Source of the DNA: Negaprion brevirostris
Taxonomy: Eukaryota
Reading direction: 5' to 3'
DNA length: 63,516 nt
NCBI GenBank assembly: GCA_030324005.1
Contig: JARDVH010000185.1
Coordinates: 4,280,981 to 4,344,496, forward strand
In this document: positions 37,663-50,483 of the stretch, in pieces
How positions within the stretch are numbered: position 1 is the stretch's first letter
Layout: every line of letters begins with the position of its first letter
The notes under the pieces: generated by a model
Database searches by the model: none
What the model was told of the DNA's origin: nothing
Seen by the model: the letters and a program-made list of their open reading frames with translations, nothing else
Translations under genes and position numbers: made by a program

Positions 37663-39792
37663 TCTGAGAATGTAAAGCAGTCTGTAATATTCTTGCTTCT
37701 ATCAAATCTTAATGCTATTTATTGACACTTACCACATCCCGCATATCGTGTTTTCGTTACACAAGATCGTTGCTAGTCTTAAGTGGTCCCACCAGACAGT
37801 GTGGGGGACAGACTTATAAGGAAGCAACTAAGTTTCATTAGAATGAATTCTTTAAAAAAAGTGAGGCTAATCAATGAAATCTAATTTTCTTTCTAAGTGT
37901 TTTTATTTTGACCTGGACGTTTGATGGGAGTTACCTTTATTATAACACTACAGGGCTTGGCAGTGAAAATTCCAAGCAATCAGTAAATCACGTTGAATGT
38001 TCAAGTAGATAAAGTGTTTGTTCACAAATCCTTTTATAAATTGGTCACTCATATTCCTGAAAAATAGATGACTTATTCAGAGAAAGTACAGTTAATAGGA
38101 AAGAGAAGCAATTTTCTTTCTGGGAACAAACTTCCATTTAGATGATAAAATTAATGTTAAATACATTAAAAATCTCTGCTAACTGGATTTGTTGGTAAAC
38201 ACTAGCCACTGGAATAACTACACGGGAAGTGGGAGTGAGTGAAATATTTGTACACTATGTAAAGCACACAGAGAAAAGTCCATTCCCATCATTGCTACTG
38301 CCCAACAGCACGTAGAAGTGAGCAAGTCTTCAAACTGAGCATCTTCGAATATTACCAGAATAATCCCAAATACTTTGGAAAGTTCAGTAAGTTACCTTCC
38401 TTATCTTATACGCCCGCCAACCCCAGATCACAGAGTTTTCATCCCTAACCGCAAGCTGTTAACAGATTTAGTTTTGTTGCTGTTCTTCCTCCCTCGGTGC
38501 TGTTTCAGGGGTTTTTTCCGAAGAATTAATGTACTAGAAAATGGTTATGAACAGTCTTCAAAATCGCAATGCTCTAAAATACTAGGAAGAGTAACGATCA
38601 CAACATGTGGAGGCATGTTTATTCAAAATAAATGGAAATCCTCAGTGGGACTAACTCCCCACCTTGTAATAAGCCTGGCTGCTACCTCACAGCTGTAATC
38701 TGAAGTAGTTAGTGCAGGCAGTGTCCCCAGGCTGTCTCACTCATGTTGAAGGACTGAAAGAGAAGGAAGTGATGCACGTATACACATAAATGCTCTATAT
38801 TGCAGCACACAAATATTGTTGCAGTACTTAAATGGATAATAAGTGATGGACAGAACAAGACAAAAAATTAAAGCACAAGTCAATTGCCAGTTCCAGAGCT
38901 TCAGCAAATATCAGCCTCATCAACTATGATCATCAATGAGGAGATTTTGCCAAACCTGGATTAGTGGACAATGCTGAAGCCTATTTTGCAAACGGAACAC
39001 ACGGCACTGAGTTCATATACTAATTCAAAGCAAAGAAAAATATAACCATGGTTTGGTTGAAATAGCCTTGAGACGTGAATAACGTGGTGGGTAACTATCA
39101 TTGAGATAAGTTGATTTTTTATTGGTTTTGATAATACAGGACTGATTTGTTTTGGTGCACATCAGACATTTGTGAAAATTCAAAATTCATAAAATTTTGT
39201 GCATAAAAACCACAAAACTGATTTATTAAGAGTGAATTCCACCATCCCTGCAGCAGCTTCTTTTGTGGGGTATGAAAGGTACAAGAAAATTCACATCTTT
39301 TCTCCAGAAAACGGTCAGTTTCAAGTTCTACTTTGAGGATGCAGTGCGAGAGATTTTTTTTTTTAAGTTCATCAAGTGTTACCAGTTGAACAAGGCTGTG
39401 AAGATTCTTAGGGAGTTAGAATTTCTCATTAGGCTTAACAGATTTTGGTTGGTTAAGAATTGTCAACCACGGGATTTAAGAACAAAATGAACATTGATGG
39501 AAGTGGTCAGGTTGAGCCACAAACATTACAACAGGTTTAGAAAACAATCCATTGAGTACAAATAGTCTATCAGTTCAATTTTCAACAATCTTAATTAAAC
39601 ACCAACGTGAGGGAACTGGATAAAATATGACAAGGGGGAAAATACCTCACTCAAAAGATGATCCGGGTTTTACAATGATTACAAAACGAACCAATAGGCA
39701 CCACAAACATGGGGGGGGGAAATGTGTTGGTAAATATTAACTATTTTTCGCTTTATTTTACAAATTGCTATTAAGAGAAAGAACAGACCCAC

Positions 39793-39825
39793 CTGTATAT
39801 TGAAATAGTAAAGTCCTGCAGAGCA
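39793..39825 (-). other. Candidate 33-nt frame-preserving exon
   Basis: Long pyrimidine tract tttttctttctcccccttcctcctcccCAG, exon TGCTCTGCAGGACTTTACTATTTCAATATACAG, donor GTGGGT; open in all 3 frames. Confidence 0.55.
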
Positions 39826-40288
39826 CTGGGGAGGAGGAAGGGGGAGAAAGAAAAACAGCTATTACTTTTCAATGATTTGTTACCTTAAAGCCATTTGAAA
39901 TACTAAAATTGAGAATTAAGAAAAAAAGGAACTTTAAGCACCCATGCACATAAATCAAATATAAAAATCAGGCACAATGACACTTTTCCACCTAATTAAA
40001 ACAAAACGGAGGAAAAAAACACAACAAATAAATTTGAGTGCAGTTATTCATCAACATTTATCAATTAATTAGACAATGTTTCTACTCAAAATAAATTGAA
40101 CTAGTACGAAAAATATCACAATAGTGAAACATGAAGGAATCGGACAAGGGCGACTTCTAGGAATAAAATCGGGGGAGAAAAACTTACAAATTAAAAAATA
40201 ACGACTAAGTAAACCGACGAGCTAATCTCGTGCATTAACAGAGTAGAGCTAAAGGTCTGCTGAACCTGGTAGATCTGCTGCTTTAGAC

Positions 40289-40299
40289 AAAATGGCGGT
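40289..40299 (+). promoter_or_regulatory. YY1-type motif
   Basis: caaaATGGCGGt matches the YY1 consensus AANATGGCG; CCAAT at ~39691 and ~40339. Confidence 0.35.
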
Positions 40300-43200
40300 T
40301 CAGCAAATGTCTGCCTTATCATAAGTCACTTTATGCATCCAATAGTCCAGCCAAAAATATAGCCTCAAAAACACCTCAGAAAAACTCAAGTGACTACTGG
40401 TCAGGCGACTACAATTATTCAGCCGTTTTTAAATCGTTAGTTAAGAATAAAGACCAAAAGAAAAGGCTTTGAAACAAGATTATTTTTGGAAAAAATTCGA
40501 AAATACTAAATCGGGGGGAAAAAAAAGCAAAAAATATTCCCCCAAAAACGAAAAAATATTTATGCAGGTACTGTAGGCAAAATTACTGGTAAAATAACAA
40601 TTGGACAGTACAAATCTAAAGGTTATAATGCAGTATTTAAGGGATTGCCACGCCCTAACAAAATTCTGCAATTTTTAGCTCATTTGCAACATTAAAAACG
40701 ACTGTTTTAAAAAGGCGATACCTATTTATCAGTTCTAAATTTTGCTTTTCCTTGTATTGATCAGAAATCTGTTCCTACTTGATTTTTGCCTTACACCTCA
40801 AGCCGCAATTTGTCTTATTAAAAGAAAACTTTACATTTTAGGCTTATATTGATGTTCTGCTTCTCACCGAATTTACAAATGCATCCAAAACGCATTTTAA
40901 TATTAATTTAATTGAACGAAAATTAATTGTTATTTTCCGAAAATCAAGGGTTTTTTTCCAGAAGTCTCCTCCAATAAAATACTGCAATACAAAGTAATTT
41001 TCTTCCTTTTAGCACTATGTTTTTTCATTAATTTGCTACAATAAACCCCCTATGAATTATTCTGAATATTTTCGGAAAAAAAATCTTGAAACGTCAGCAG
41101 CAATGGAGCTAGTGAGTTGCATCAGGCTGCACAGTAAGGGTGCAAAAACAGTGAGGTTCCGAAAAAGCCTGAAAAATTATCAATTCGTGAAAAATTACAC
41201 TCCTTTTTGCACAGATAATCTACTTTATAGATCAAAAATCATAAACATGGCAAAAAGAAATTATTTTCGAACCCGAAAATAGCCTTTTTCCCCCTTCTTA
41301 AACCCTGATGCGAATGGCCCTGAGCATGCACTGTGACCACTACCAAAAGACTCTGATATAAAAAACAACTCACTCTGCCTGTAACCTCGTCGAGCTCCAA
41401 CATTTCAAAGCCAAAAATCATTGAAAAGCATTTTCCCCACCTCGGAAAAGTCTACCTGGCAAATTCGAACCTTTTTTTGTTCCTGAATCGCCCCCCAGAA
41501 ACCTTCCTACCTAAAATCCTTAGCACAACCTCTGAGCAATTGTAAAGGGTGAAAAAAAAGACTGTTCAGTTCCCCCTGCGCAACTTTCTACACTCAAATT
41601 GCACATTTTCTAGGGCAGGGAAAAATCTGAAAAAATTTCAGTGTAAGCCTCTATGCTTAAGGAAAACATGTGCAAAGTCTCAAGTCTGGGGGATTTGTTG
41701 TTGAAGAATAAAAAATTTGTATTTGCATGTATTAAAATTGCGCCAAAGCTAACGTCTCTGACTGCCTTGTAACCTTGCCAAGTGGCTGCTATCCTGGTTA
41801 GTACAGTAAACTGCCGACCTAGATTTTCTTCCTCTGTAGCTCCTTGGCACAGGGTCAATTTTTAAACATCTGCTTTCTTTTTTCTCACCATATTTAGAAA
41901 ATATGTGCAATCAAATGCTTACTTCAATGTTTTTGTTTTAATTTTTCTGATTTCCCCCCTCTAAAATGGTGTTAAAATAAGCAGTGGCACCATGCTGCTT
42001 GGTGAATCTGCTGCTGCCAATGCAAAACTACATTTTTTTTAAGCAAGGGGAGACAGAGAAGGCTGAATGCACACCCTACCCCTTTTCACCCAAAGATTGA
42101 AAAACAAAATAACACAACACAAAACTACCAGAAGGTGCTGAACTCAAAGGAATTTATGCAAGGTCAAAGAGAATCATTGCTCTTGATGTACAATCACAAA
42201 ATTGTGTCTCAGGGTGAAATGCAATGGAACTTTTCATTTTTAAAGCTCTCCAACATAAAAACTGTGCATTTTTCTTTCACAAACCCAACTGAACATTTTC
42301 AGAAATACCAGTTAGAACAAATCCAAGCAACTGTATGCTCAACCAAATGCAAACAATCCAAATACTAACAAATTTGTGGGACAGACAGACAGCAATGGTT
42401 GCCACACGCCTACTTCTCATCAAATGAAACTGATACACAGAACATTCTATTAGAAATCTGAATATGCTGCCACTAAAGCAATTGACAATCACATTTCCAA
42501 ATATGAGTCGCAAGCCAGTTTTCTTGAAACACGTTGCATCGTTTGTTGATAGGATGCCATCTTCTCTCAATAATTAAATTTAAAAATAATAAGGTTTCCA
42601 CGGTCAAAACCTCACCTAACTCAGAAGGCTTTCTTCTTAAAAAGCAATTTATATTTTTCAACTCTATTTTCAACTAATTGTTGCACAAAATACACTCACT
42701 GGCCAAATTGAAAGGGGAGAGACAGCAAGTGACTTGTTCTGAAACTTCAGCCAGTATCACTTTGTCACTAGTCATTTGGATTTGCATAAGGCAACTAACC
42801 TCCAATTTTCAATTTCTCCCAGAAAGTGAAGTGTGTGTAACCTCTACATCCTTGAATCCCTTTCCAAAGTGGCACAACCAATAGAAGGGTCTTCTGAGAC
42901 AATGAGGAGGACTACACTGTACACTTAACTGAAATCTCTCCACACCCATTAGTTGTTTTAAAACTTGCTCAGTTAAATTTATTCTGCATCTGCTCAACAA
43001 AGTTCAGCCTTGTCCTTCACTGTCACCTTCTCAAATTTTTCATAACTAACCTTGAAGTTATGAATGACATTGGGTAAATACTCAATGCCATCCAAAATAT
43101 TCCAGGTAACAGCAGACCTTACAATTTTAGGGCAACAAGAATTTACTCTTGCCAGAAGATGCAAAATGAAAAGACTGATAAAATGATGATGAGAGTCAAG

Positions 43201-43309
43201 GCTGTTTTATAGCTACGCCACTCACTTGAAGAACCTACTGAGGAATGACTGACTTGTAACTGGTTTTCAAAGTGCAGTCATTGAATTTCTAAACAACTAC
43301 TTGGAGAAC

Positions 43310-43620
43310 TCTCTCTTCAGGAACCACATCGTGAGGGTGTTGCTGACCATGAACCTCCAATGCTAATATTACTCTGGATCACTTTTGTTGATGATGCGTT
43401 CATCCAGTTTGCAAAACTCTTTAAAAAGATTGTTCTTTTGTCTACCTTGATCACTTCAACCATTGATCTTTTCCAATCAGTATCTGTCTTTCTAAATCAC
43501 AGTGTATTACATGCCCAAGGGATTCCAACTGTTCCTTCTTGATTTTGGTCAGCAGAGTTTCTGATTTTACTAGTCAAGGCATCATTATTTGCCTCAAAAA
43601 CCTCAACACTTCGCTACATT
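43310..43620 (-). mobile_element. RTE-clade LINE 3' fragment
   Basis: Minus-strand LLTKIKKEQLESLGHVIHCDLERQILIGK / SDQGRQ / TIFLKSFANWMN resembles the RTE ORF C-terminus (QLxxLGHV, GKIxGxRxRGRQ). Confidence 0.7.
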
Positions 43621-46600
43621 ATTTCACTGATCGCCCGACACTCGCCTCCATAAGTCAAAATTAGTGTGATGTAGCATGCCAGGATTCTCAGCTTTGTTTT
43701 ATGGCTATTGAATTCATTTCTTGGTCACATTTTCCAATCAGTGTTAACATAATTCCTTGGTAATAAAATTTTTTCTACCTGATTGAACATTTCATTCTTC
43801 ACTGTGACCTCAATTCTGGCATGGTTTACTTTTTTGACACTACTAGACATTACTTTTCTTACAATGAAAATGGTTGAAAAAATAATATAATATTATTAAT
43901 TTATATAATAATATTGTTACAAGAGAAGCATTCCCTACCTTCAGCCACTTCAGGTAACCAGCTGCTCTTCATTTCTCCAAAAGGTACCTTACTTTAAAAT
44001 CCTGATTTTATATAACCAGTACAGGAAAAAATAATGTTTGTCACTAAAGCCAGCACCATTCGAGAGTTGACAGTACTCAACCACAACGAACAAGTTATTC
44101 AGCCAAGAGACACCCCACTTTGTATTTGGATGCCAGTTTCATTATCAATTTTAGTAATGTACTTTCCCTTAAACTAGTGGCATCATATTGGGTAAAGCAC
44201 AGGTGACTGTTCCTTAGAAATGTTTTGGACTGTCCTTGGAAAATTTGCACAAAGGAAAGATAATCTGGTGGAAGGTACCAAATCAAATGTTCTATGTTCA
44301 GTAAGTCAATAAGACTATTCCTTGTACCAACAGATTTTAAAGCAAGTGTCTTAATTGACATTTTTTGTGTGAAAACACTGTGTAATATTCTACTGGGAAA
44401 GTTTGAAGATTTAGCCCATTGTTTCAGAAGAAAAGCTGCATTACAAAGCAAAACTTTCTGCTGAGTTGGCCTAGAAATCACAACACGGCAAAAGCAAACG
44501 GTGGATTTTTTTTTTTAAGGAATGTGAACACTTTGAAGTGAGAATGGAAGGTATCTAGGTTTCTGAAGGAATTTTTTGTAAACCAATAATCTACATATTA
44601 TTTACCAGTCACGTAGCATGTTAAATACAGGATTGGTTTTAAAAATGCAACTAAACGAAGAACCGAGCGACCTGTTGAAGTTGTCGAAGCTAATCTAGGT
44701 GCTATTAGTGGTGGTCTGCCATTGCCAGCATTACTGCGCTACCAACACAGCAAGCAGAATGTCATATCAGTCACATTCTGTAAAGGAGTCATTCTCATCA
44801 ACACAATATGGAAGAAACAAACCACCCATTGTGTCTAAATAACAGCTGATAGGGAGCAAATTTAGCACAACTATCTGATCTTGGGACTCAGGTGAGCAAC
44901 AGGAGAGAGGGGAGGGGTTGCAGTTGATGTGTATAAAGTTGTGAAATAAAATTCCATTCCAACACCAGGTCAAATCATACAGCACATCACTGTTCCTTGG
45001 AAAGTCGAAAATTCTGCTCATGGAGCCTGTCCACTTTTCAAATTTAAAATCCTACACCCAACTACTGGAATATGAAAAATTGTAAGGAATCTTTAAAATT
45101 GCATGAATTATAAATAGCAGCACAGTGAACTTTGTTACAGAAGAATGACAAACTTGAGGTTGAGATGACAGTGAAGTCAGAGTTAAAGTTGTTGAAGAAT
45201 TTATCCTATAATGCTATTTAAACAGTCTAACCCCAACTGCCCCCATTCACCTCTTTCTAACGTGGTCTCAAATAACTCTTTGCCTTATGACACAATACAC
45301 CATGGCAAATTGATAGTGAATTAGAAATGCTGTTTGCACAACTATATTAATCAGGATTACAGATTTCATGTTCCTAGGAACACACCTCAGCTTGTCAGTT
45401 GGATTTGAGTTCAGATGCTTGATGATGAATCATAAAGGGCATCACATGTGGTGGATTCTCCTCGAGGATGACACATCATATGTGTAGTGATTAATGGCAC
45501 AAAGCGGTTTATAGAAATTCATTGCAAACAAATCCTACAATACAACATGCAAACGTTAAATAATGCAGATTATTTTCTCTTTTGTTTTCCTTTCATGGGA
45601 TCTGGCCGTCATTGGCATGGTATATGTTTCCCAACTCTGATTTCGCTTGAACTGAGTGGCTTGTTACATTATTTCATAGTGCAGTTAATGCAACCACATT
45701 GCTGTCACATGAAGGCCAAACCAAGTGTGGAAGATTTCCTTCCGTAAAGGGTCTTTTCATAACTTTCAACAATCGTTTCATGGTCAGCATTACTAAGATG
45801 AGCTTTTATTCATTTTTAATCAGGTGGGATGTGTGCGTCGCTNNNNNNNNNNNNNNNNNNNNNNNNNNNNNNNNNNNNNNNNNNNNNNNNNNNNNNNNNN
45901 NNNNNNNNNNNNNNNNNNNNNNNNNNNNNNNNNNNNNNNNNNNNNNNNNNNNNNNNNNNNNNNNNNNNNNNNNNNNNNNNNNNNNNNNNNNNNNNNNNNN
46001 NNNNNNNNNNNNNNNNNNNNNNNNNNNNNNNNNNNNNNNNNAAGCATCATGTCATTGACCTGATCCAATTTCATAAACTCAAAACGCATTTCCTGTCGCT
46101 GAAATCAATCTACAAGCAGAAAAAATGGACAGCAATATTAAATTTGAACAGTACCAATTGAAATGTATGAAACACTAAAGTTGAAATTGGATGCATGAAG
46201 GATTCTGTCATTTAAAAACAACCTAGAAATGCAGAGTATCCCTTTCTTGATTTGACATTTTCCAATAGAAACAGACAAGAAATATAATCTGGACCAGGGA
46301 GAAAACGCAATTACACAGGAGCTGAAATGACATTTGCTCCAGATCAGAATGAGTGTTGTACCTACTCAGAGGAGAAACCAGTTTTAGATGGTCATACAAG
46401 GCACCCAAAAAACGAACTGGATGCCTCAGGACTAAGCTTCAATACTTTCCACCTGTTAGACATTCTTCCATCCATTTTATTCATATTTGTTCAGTGATGG
46501 ATTTGCAAAGACTTGCTGGCTGCAGGTTTCTGAGATTTGTTTGCATTTTCAAATGGATTTTGTCAATCCATGTAAAATGACAGTGCACAATACAAAGACT

Positions 46601-47607
46601 GCAAGATTCTCAAACCTTATTCAGTAGGGCTGAAACACAAATACACAAACTAAAATAAGGGTAAAGTTTTCCATGTTGCAAACTACATCAGCAAGATCAC
46701 AAAGGGAGCTTGTGAAACAAATTTAAATGATTCCATGAAATGGGAAACATGATTTCTGACAGAGCCAGAGAGAGAAAAACAGGAAAATGTTATTGTGCCA
46801 AAGCTCAGGTGAGTTGAGAAAATTGATTTGAAAATAAAAATTAACTTTATATTGTGTAAAATCAGCTCCAATCATCAATGTTTCTGAAGGTGTGTTTTAT
46901 ATTACATGATCACCAATGGATTTCCAAAATTTATATCTTATAAGCTGCAAACCAAGCTGTAAAGCTGCATGAATTCAAAGCCATGACCTAAATGCAATGA
47001 TATATCAGAAAATTTTGAATTTAAGCTAATGAAGTCGTTGAACATTTGTGGAACAAGTGTGCACAGGCTCCAAACTATCAATTTCTGACACCAACAATCG
47101 CAATTTTAAACTGGTTCTTTTTTTTAAAACAGGTAAATCACTCAAGGGAACTCTGGTCTACAGATTCAGGCTAGGCATTATTTGAAGCATTTGCAAGTCC
47201 TTGGTAGAGCAATGTGCCAAATTGCTGGTTACCATGTAATGCAAGCAGCTACCATTTTGATTTTGAACTTGACAGACCTTTATTTACCAATCAAATGAGC
47301 TGGATACATATCAGATACTTCCTTCAATATCAATGCTACACTTCCATGCCTATCGAGTACAAAACAGCCGCTAATCTCATGCGAAACATAAGAACACCAT
47401 CACACGCACACAAATCTTCAAAAAACCGCATTTCCCCAAAAGTCATAGTCAATTCTTGGACTGAGACTGTGTAAGAATGTTTGAGAATTATACTTTCAAC
47501 CTGTTATGCAGTAATACTGAGAAACAGGAAGATTGTACCTTTTCTATTTCTGGAAGTATGCATTTTCAACTTCAATAGCTCCAGCCTTTCTCCACTCTTC
47601 CATTGAC

Positions 47608-48560
47608 ATTATAGAACATAGAAAAACTACAGCACAAACAGGCCCTTCAGCCACAAGTTGCACCGATCATATCCCTACCTACTAGGCTTACCTATAACCC
47701 TCAATCCTATTAAGTCCCATGTACTGATCCAGAAGTCTCTTAAAAGACCCTATCGAATTTGCCTTCACCACCACCGACAGCAGCTGATTNNNNNNNNNNN
47801 NNNNNNNNNNNNNNNNNNNNNNNNNNNNNNNNNNNNNNNNNNNNNNNNNNNNNNNNNNNNNNNNNNNNNNNNNNNNNNNNNNNNNNNNNNNNNNNNNNNN
47901 NNNNNNNNNNNNNNNNNNNNNNNNNNNNNNNNNNNNNNNNNNNNNNNNNNNNNNNNNNNNNNNNNNNNNNNNNNNNNNNNNNNNNNNNNNNNNNNNNNNN
48001 NNNNNNNNNNNNNNNNNNNNNNNNNNNNNNNNNNNNNNNNNNNNNNNNNNNNNNNNNNNNNNNNNNNNNNNNNNNNNNNNNNNNNNNNNNNNNNNNNNNN
48101 NNNNNNNNNNNNNNNNNNNNNNNNNNNNNNNNNNNNNNNNNNNNNNNNNNNNNNNNNNNNNNNNNNNNNNNNNNNNNNNNNNNNNNNNNNNNNNNNNNNN
48201 NNNNNNNNNNNNNNNNNNNNNNNNNNNNNNNNNNNNNNNNNNNNNNNNNNNNNNNNNNNNNNNNNNNNNNNNNNNNNNNNNNNNNNNNNNNNNNNNNNGC
48301 CAAAATGGACCACTACACATTTATCCGGGTTGAAGTCCATCTGCCACTTCTCCACCCAGTCTTGCATCCTATCTATGTCATGCTGCTACTTCTGACATTC
48401 CTCCAAACTATCCGCAACAACATCAACCTTCATGTCGTCAGCAAACTTACCAACCCATCCCTCCATTTCCTCATCCAGGTCATTTATGACAATTACAAAC
48501 AGCAAGGGTCCAGAACAGATCCCTGGGGCACTCCACTGGTGACCCATCTCCATGCAGAAA
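47608..48560 (-). mobile_element. CR1 LINE (RT to 3' end) spanning an N gap
   Basis: INDLDEEMEGWVGKFADD; WVEKWQMDFNPDKCVVVHFG; tail rc of atagaacatagaaaaactacagcacaaacaggccc. Confidence 0.9.
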
Positions 48561-48869
48561 ATTATTGATTTCAATGACCCACATGAATAATTTCCTCTGT
48601 TAAGTCTGACAAAGGGTGATCAAGTTAAAATGGTTACTGACTAAGGAAAAATATCCTAGGAAATTTCTTTATGCATGGGGCTGTTGGTGCATAAAATATT
48701 TAGAATAAAAATAGAAGCAGAAGCAGAGACAAGTGAATATTTTATAAGGAAAATTTAAATGAATATTTGAGGTAAAACAAGCATGCAAGGTGAGAAAGCC
48801 AAATCGGTTACTTTGGTGAAGAAGTGCATAAATAATATGCAACAAATGGACCTCCATCTATAGGTTGGA

Positions 48870-49420
48870 AACTTTCACTCAGTCTACAAGCATGACTCCC
48901 AAGCTTTCTGTCTCTTGCCATATCACGTCACTTTCTTTGCTCTCATGTCCACGTCTGCCCTTGGCCTGCTGCATTGTTCCAGTGAAGCCCAATGCAACCA
49001 GAGGAACCACACCTCATCTTCTGACTAGATATGTTGCAACATTTTGGACTCAACATTGAGTTCAACAACTTTCTCCACCATCTTGACCCCTATTTTTGTT
49101 AATTCAATGCAACCCCTCCCTTCCCCCAGCCACCCCCTCGGGGCTGTCACTTGTTCTTTCGTTTTGCTTTCACTGAGCATGGGCCTTTGTTGTCCTATTA
49201 ACACATCTTATCCTTATGCCACTATCAACACCTCCACCTGCTCCATCCCTCTCTCTAAACATATAAAATCCATCACATTTCCACGCAGCTTCAGCTCTGA
49301 AGTTTTCTGGACTCTCAACGTTAACTGTTTCTCTCTCCACAGATGCTGCCAGTCTTGCGGTTTTCCAGCATTTTCTGTTTTTATATCAGATTCCCAACCT
49401 CTGCAGTATTTTGCTTTCAT
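48870..49420 (+). mobile_element. Penelope-like element 3' end (GIY-YIG C-terminus plus pLTR)
   Basis: SALGLLHCSSEAQ...HLIF*LDMLQHFGLNIEFNNF; pLTR with decayed ctgaag...aacgttaac core and cacagatgctgccag. Confidence 0.8.
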
Positions 49421-50139
49421 TATTAAACTGAGTCTGTGAAGGTGACAGCAATGATGTACAAGTGAATTTATCATAACATATTTAACCCCATCATTAAAAA
49501 CAATTCTCACAATGCAGTCTTTCTGAAATTTAATTTCACCTCATCACTGGACACCGTATCTGAATTCAACACCAGAATTAGTGATTTAAAATTTCCTTCT
49601 ATTGATTAAGCCTAAGGAATCAAATATTGGAGGACAAATATTCACTGGAGACCACTGAAATTAATTTCGTGTTAATCTAAATCCAATAAACAATTTAGAA
49701 ATATAACTATTATGTATTTTGAAACTATTTTGTATTTTATCATCCTTTTCAAGGAAACTGTCGAAAGATCAGAGATCTAAAACAGGATAGTGATAATGCC
49801 TGTGGTAAACCTGATCATTTGAAATGCTGACTTAACCTGATGATCGACCTGCCACATCAACAGAACCTGAAATGTCAAATTCATCACTGAGTGACAAATC
49901 TTAAATTGTATCCTGCAAAAATTGTAGAAAAGCAACATCATCATCCTGGAACAACAGTGCTGGGTTTATCTCTCCCTCTTTGTTTGCTATTCTACTCTTC
50001 TCCACCTCCCTAGTTGCTGTGCTCACCTGCGAATCCAGTTTTTGCTTCATCCTGTTCTCCAAGGAAGAGAAATAAAATTCCAGTCAAGGAAAGATCTGAA
50101 CAATATTTTGAGACTAGTCTAAAATCATCAATAAATAAT

Positions 50140-50483
50140 GGGCAGAATGGTGGCACAGTGGTTAGCACTGCTGCTTCACAGCTCCAGGGACCCTGGTTCA
50201 ATTCCCGGCTCAGGTCACTGTCTGTGTGGAGTTTGCAAGTTCTCCCCATGTCTGCCTGGGTTTCCTCCGGTGCTCCAATTTCCTCCCACAGTCCAGAGAT
50301 GTGGGGGTTAGGTTGATTGGCTGTGCTAAAATTGCCCCTTAGTGCCCTGAGATGTGCAGGTTAGAGGATTAGCTGGTAAATGTGTAGAAATATGGGGTAG
50401 GGCCTGGGTGGGATTGTGGCTGGTGCAGATTCAATGGGCCAGATGGCCTCTTTCTGCACTCTCGGGTTTCTATGATTCCATGA
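50140..50483 (+). mobile_element. Full-length HE1/V-SINE
   Basis: A box tggcacagtgg, B box ggttcaattcc, V-domain core, tail tttctatgattccatga. Confidence 0.92.

Larger units (their letters stand above)
39600..42200. other. Domain of ~10-bp-phased A/T tracts with retained CpG
   Basis: Tract centres e.g. 41164, 41174, 41184, 41193, 41206, 41225, 41236, 41244, 41254, 41265, 41277, 41287; similar runs at 39900-40070, 40490-40555 and 41400-41750. Confidence 0.7.

Noticed and set aside
49295-49330. Possible hammerheads in the Penelope pLTRs at ~49296 and ~56990
   Set aside because: CUGAnGA and GAAA cores are mutated or deleted
50140-50215. tRNA-like sequence with A and B boxes (also at 6571 and 52596)
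   Set aside because: It is the head of a tRNA-derived SINE, continuous with the SINE body; not a tRNA gene
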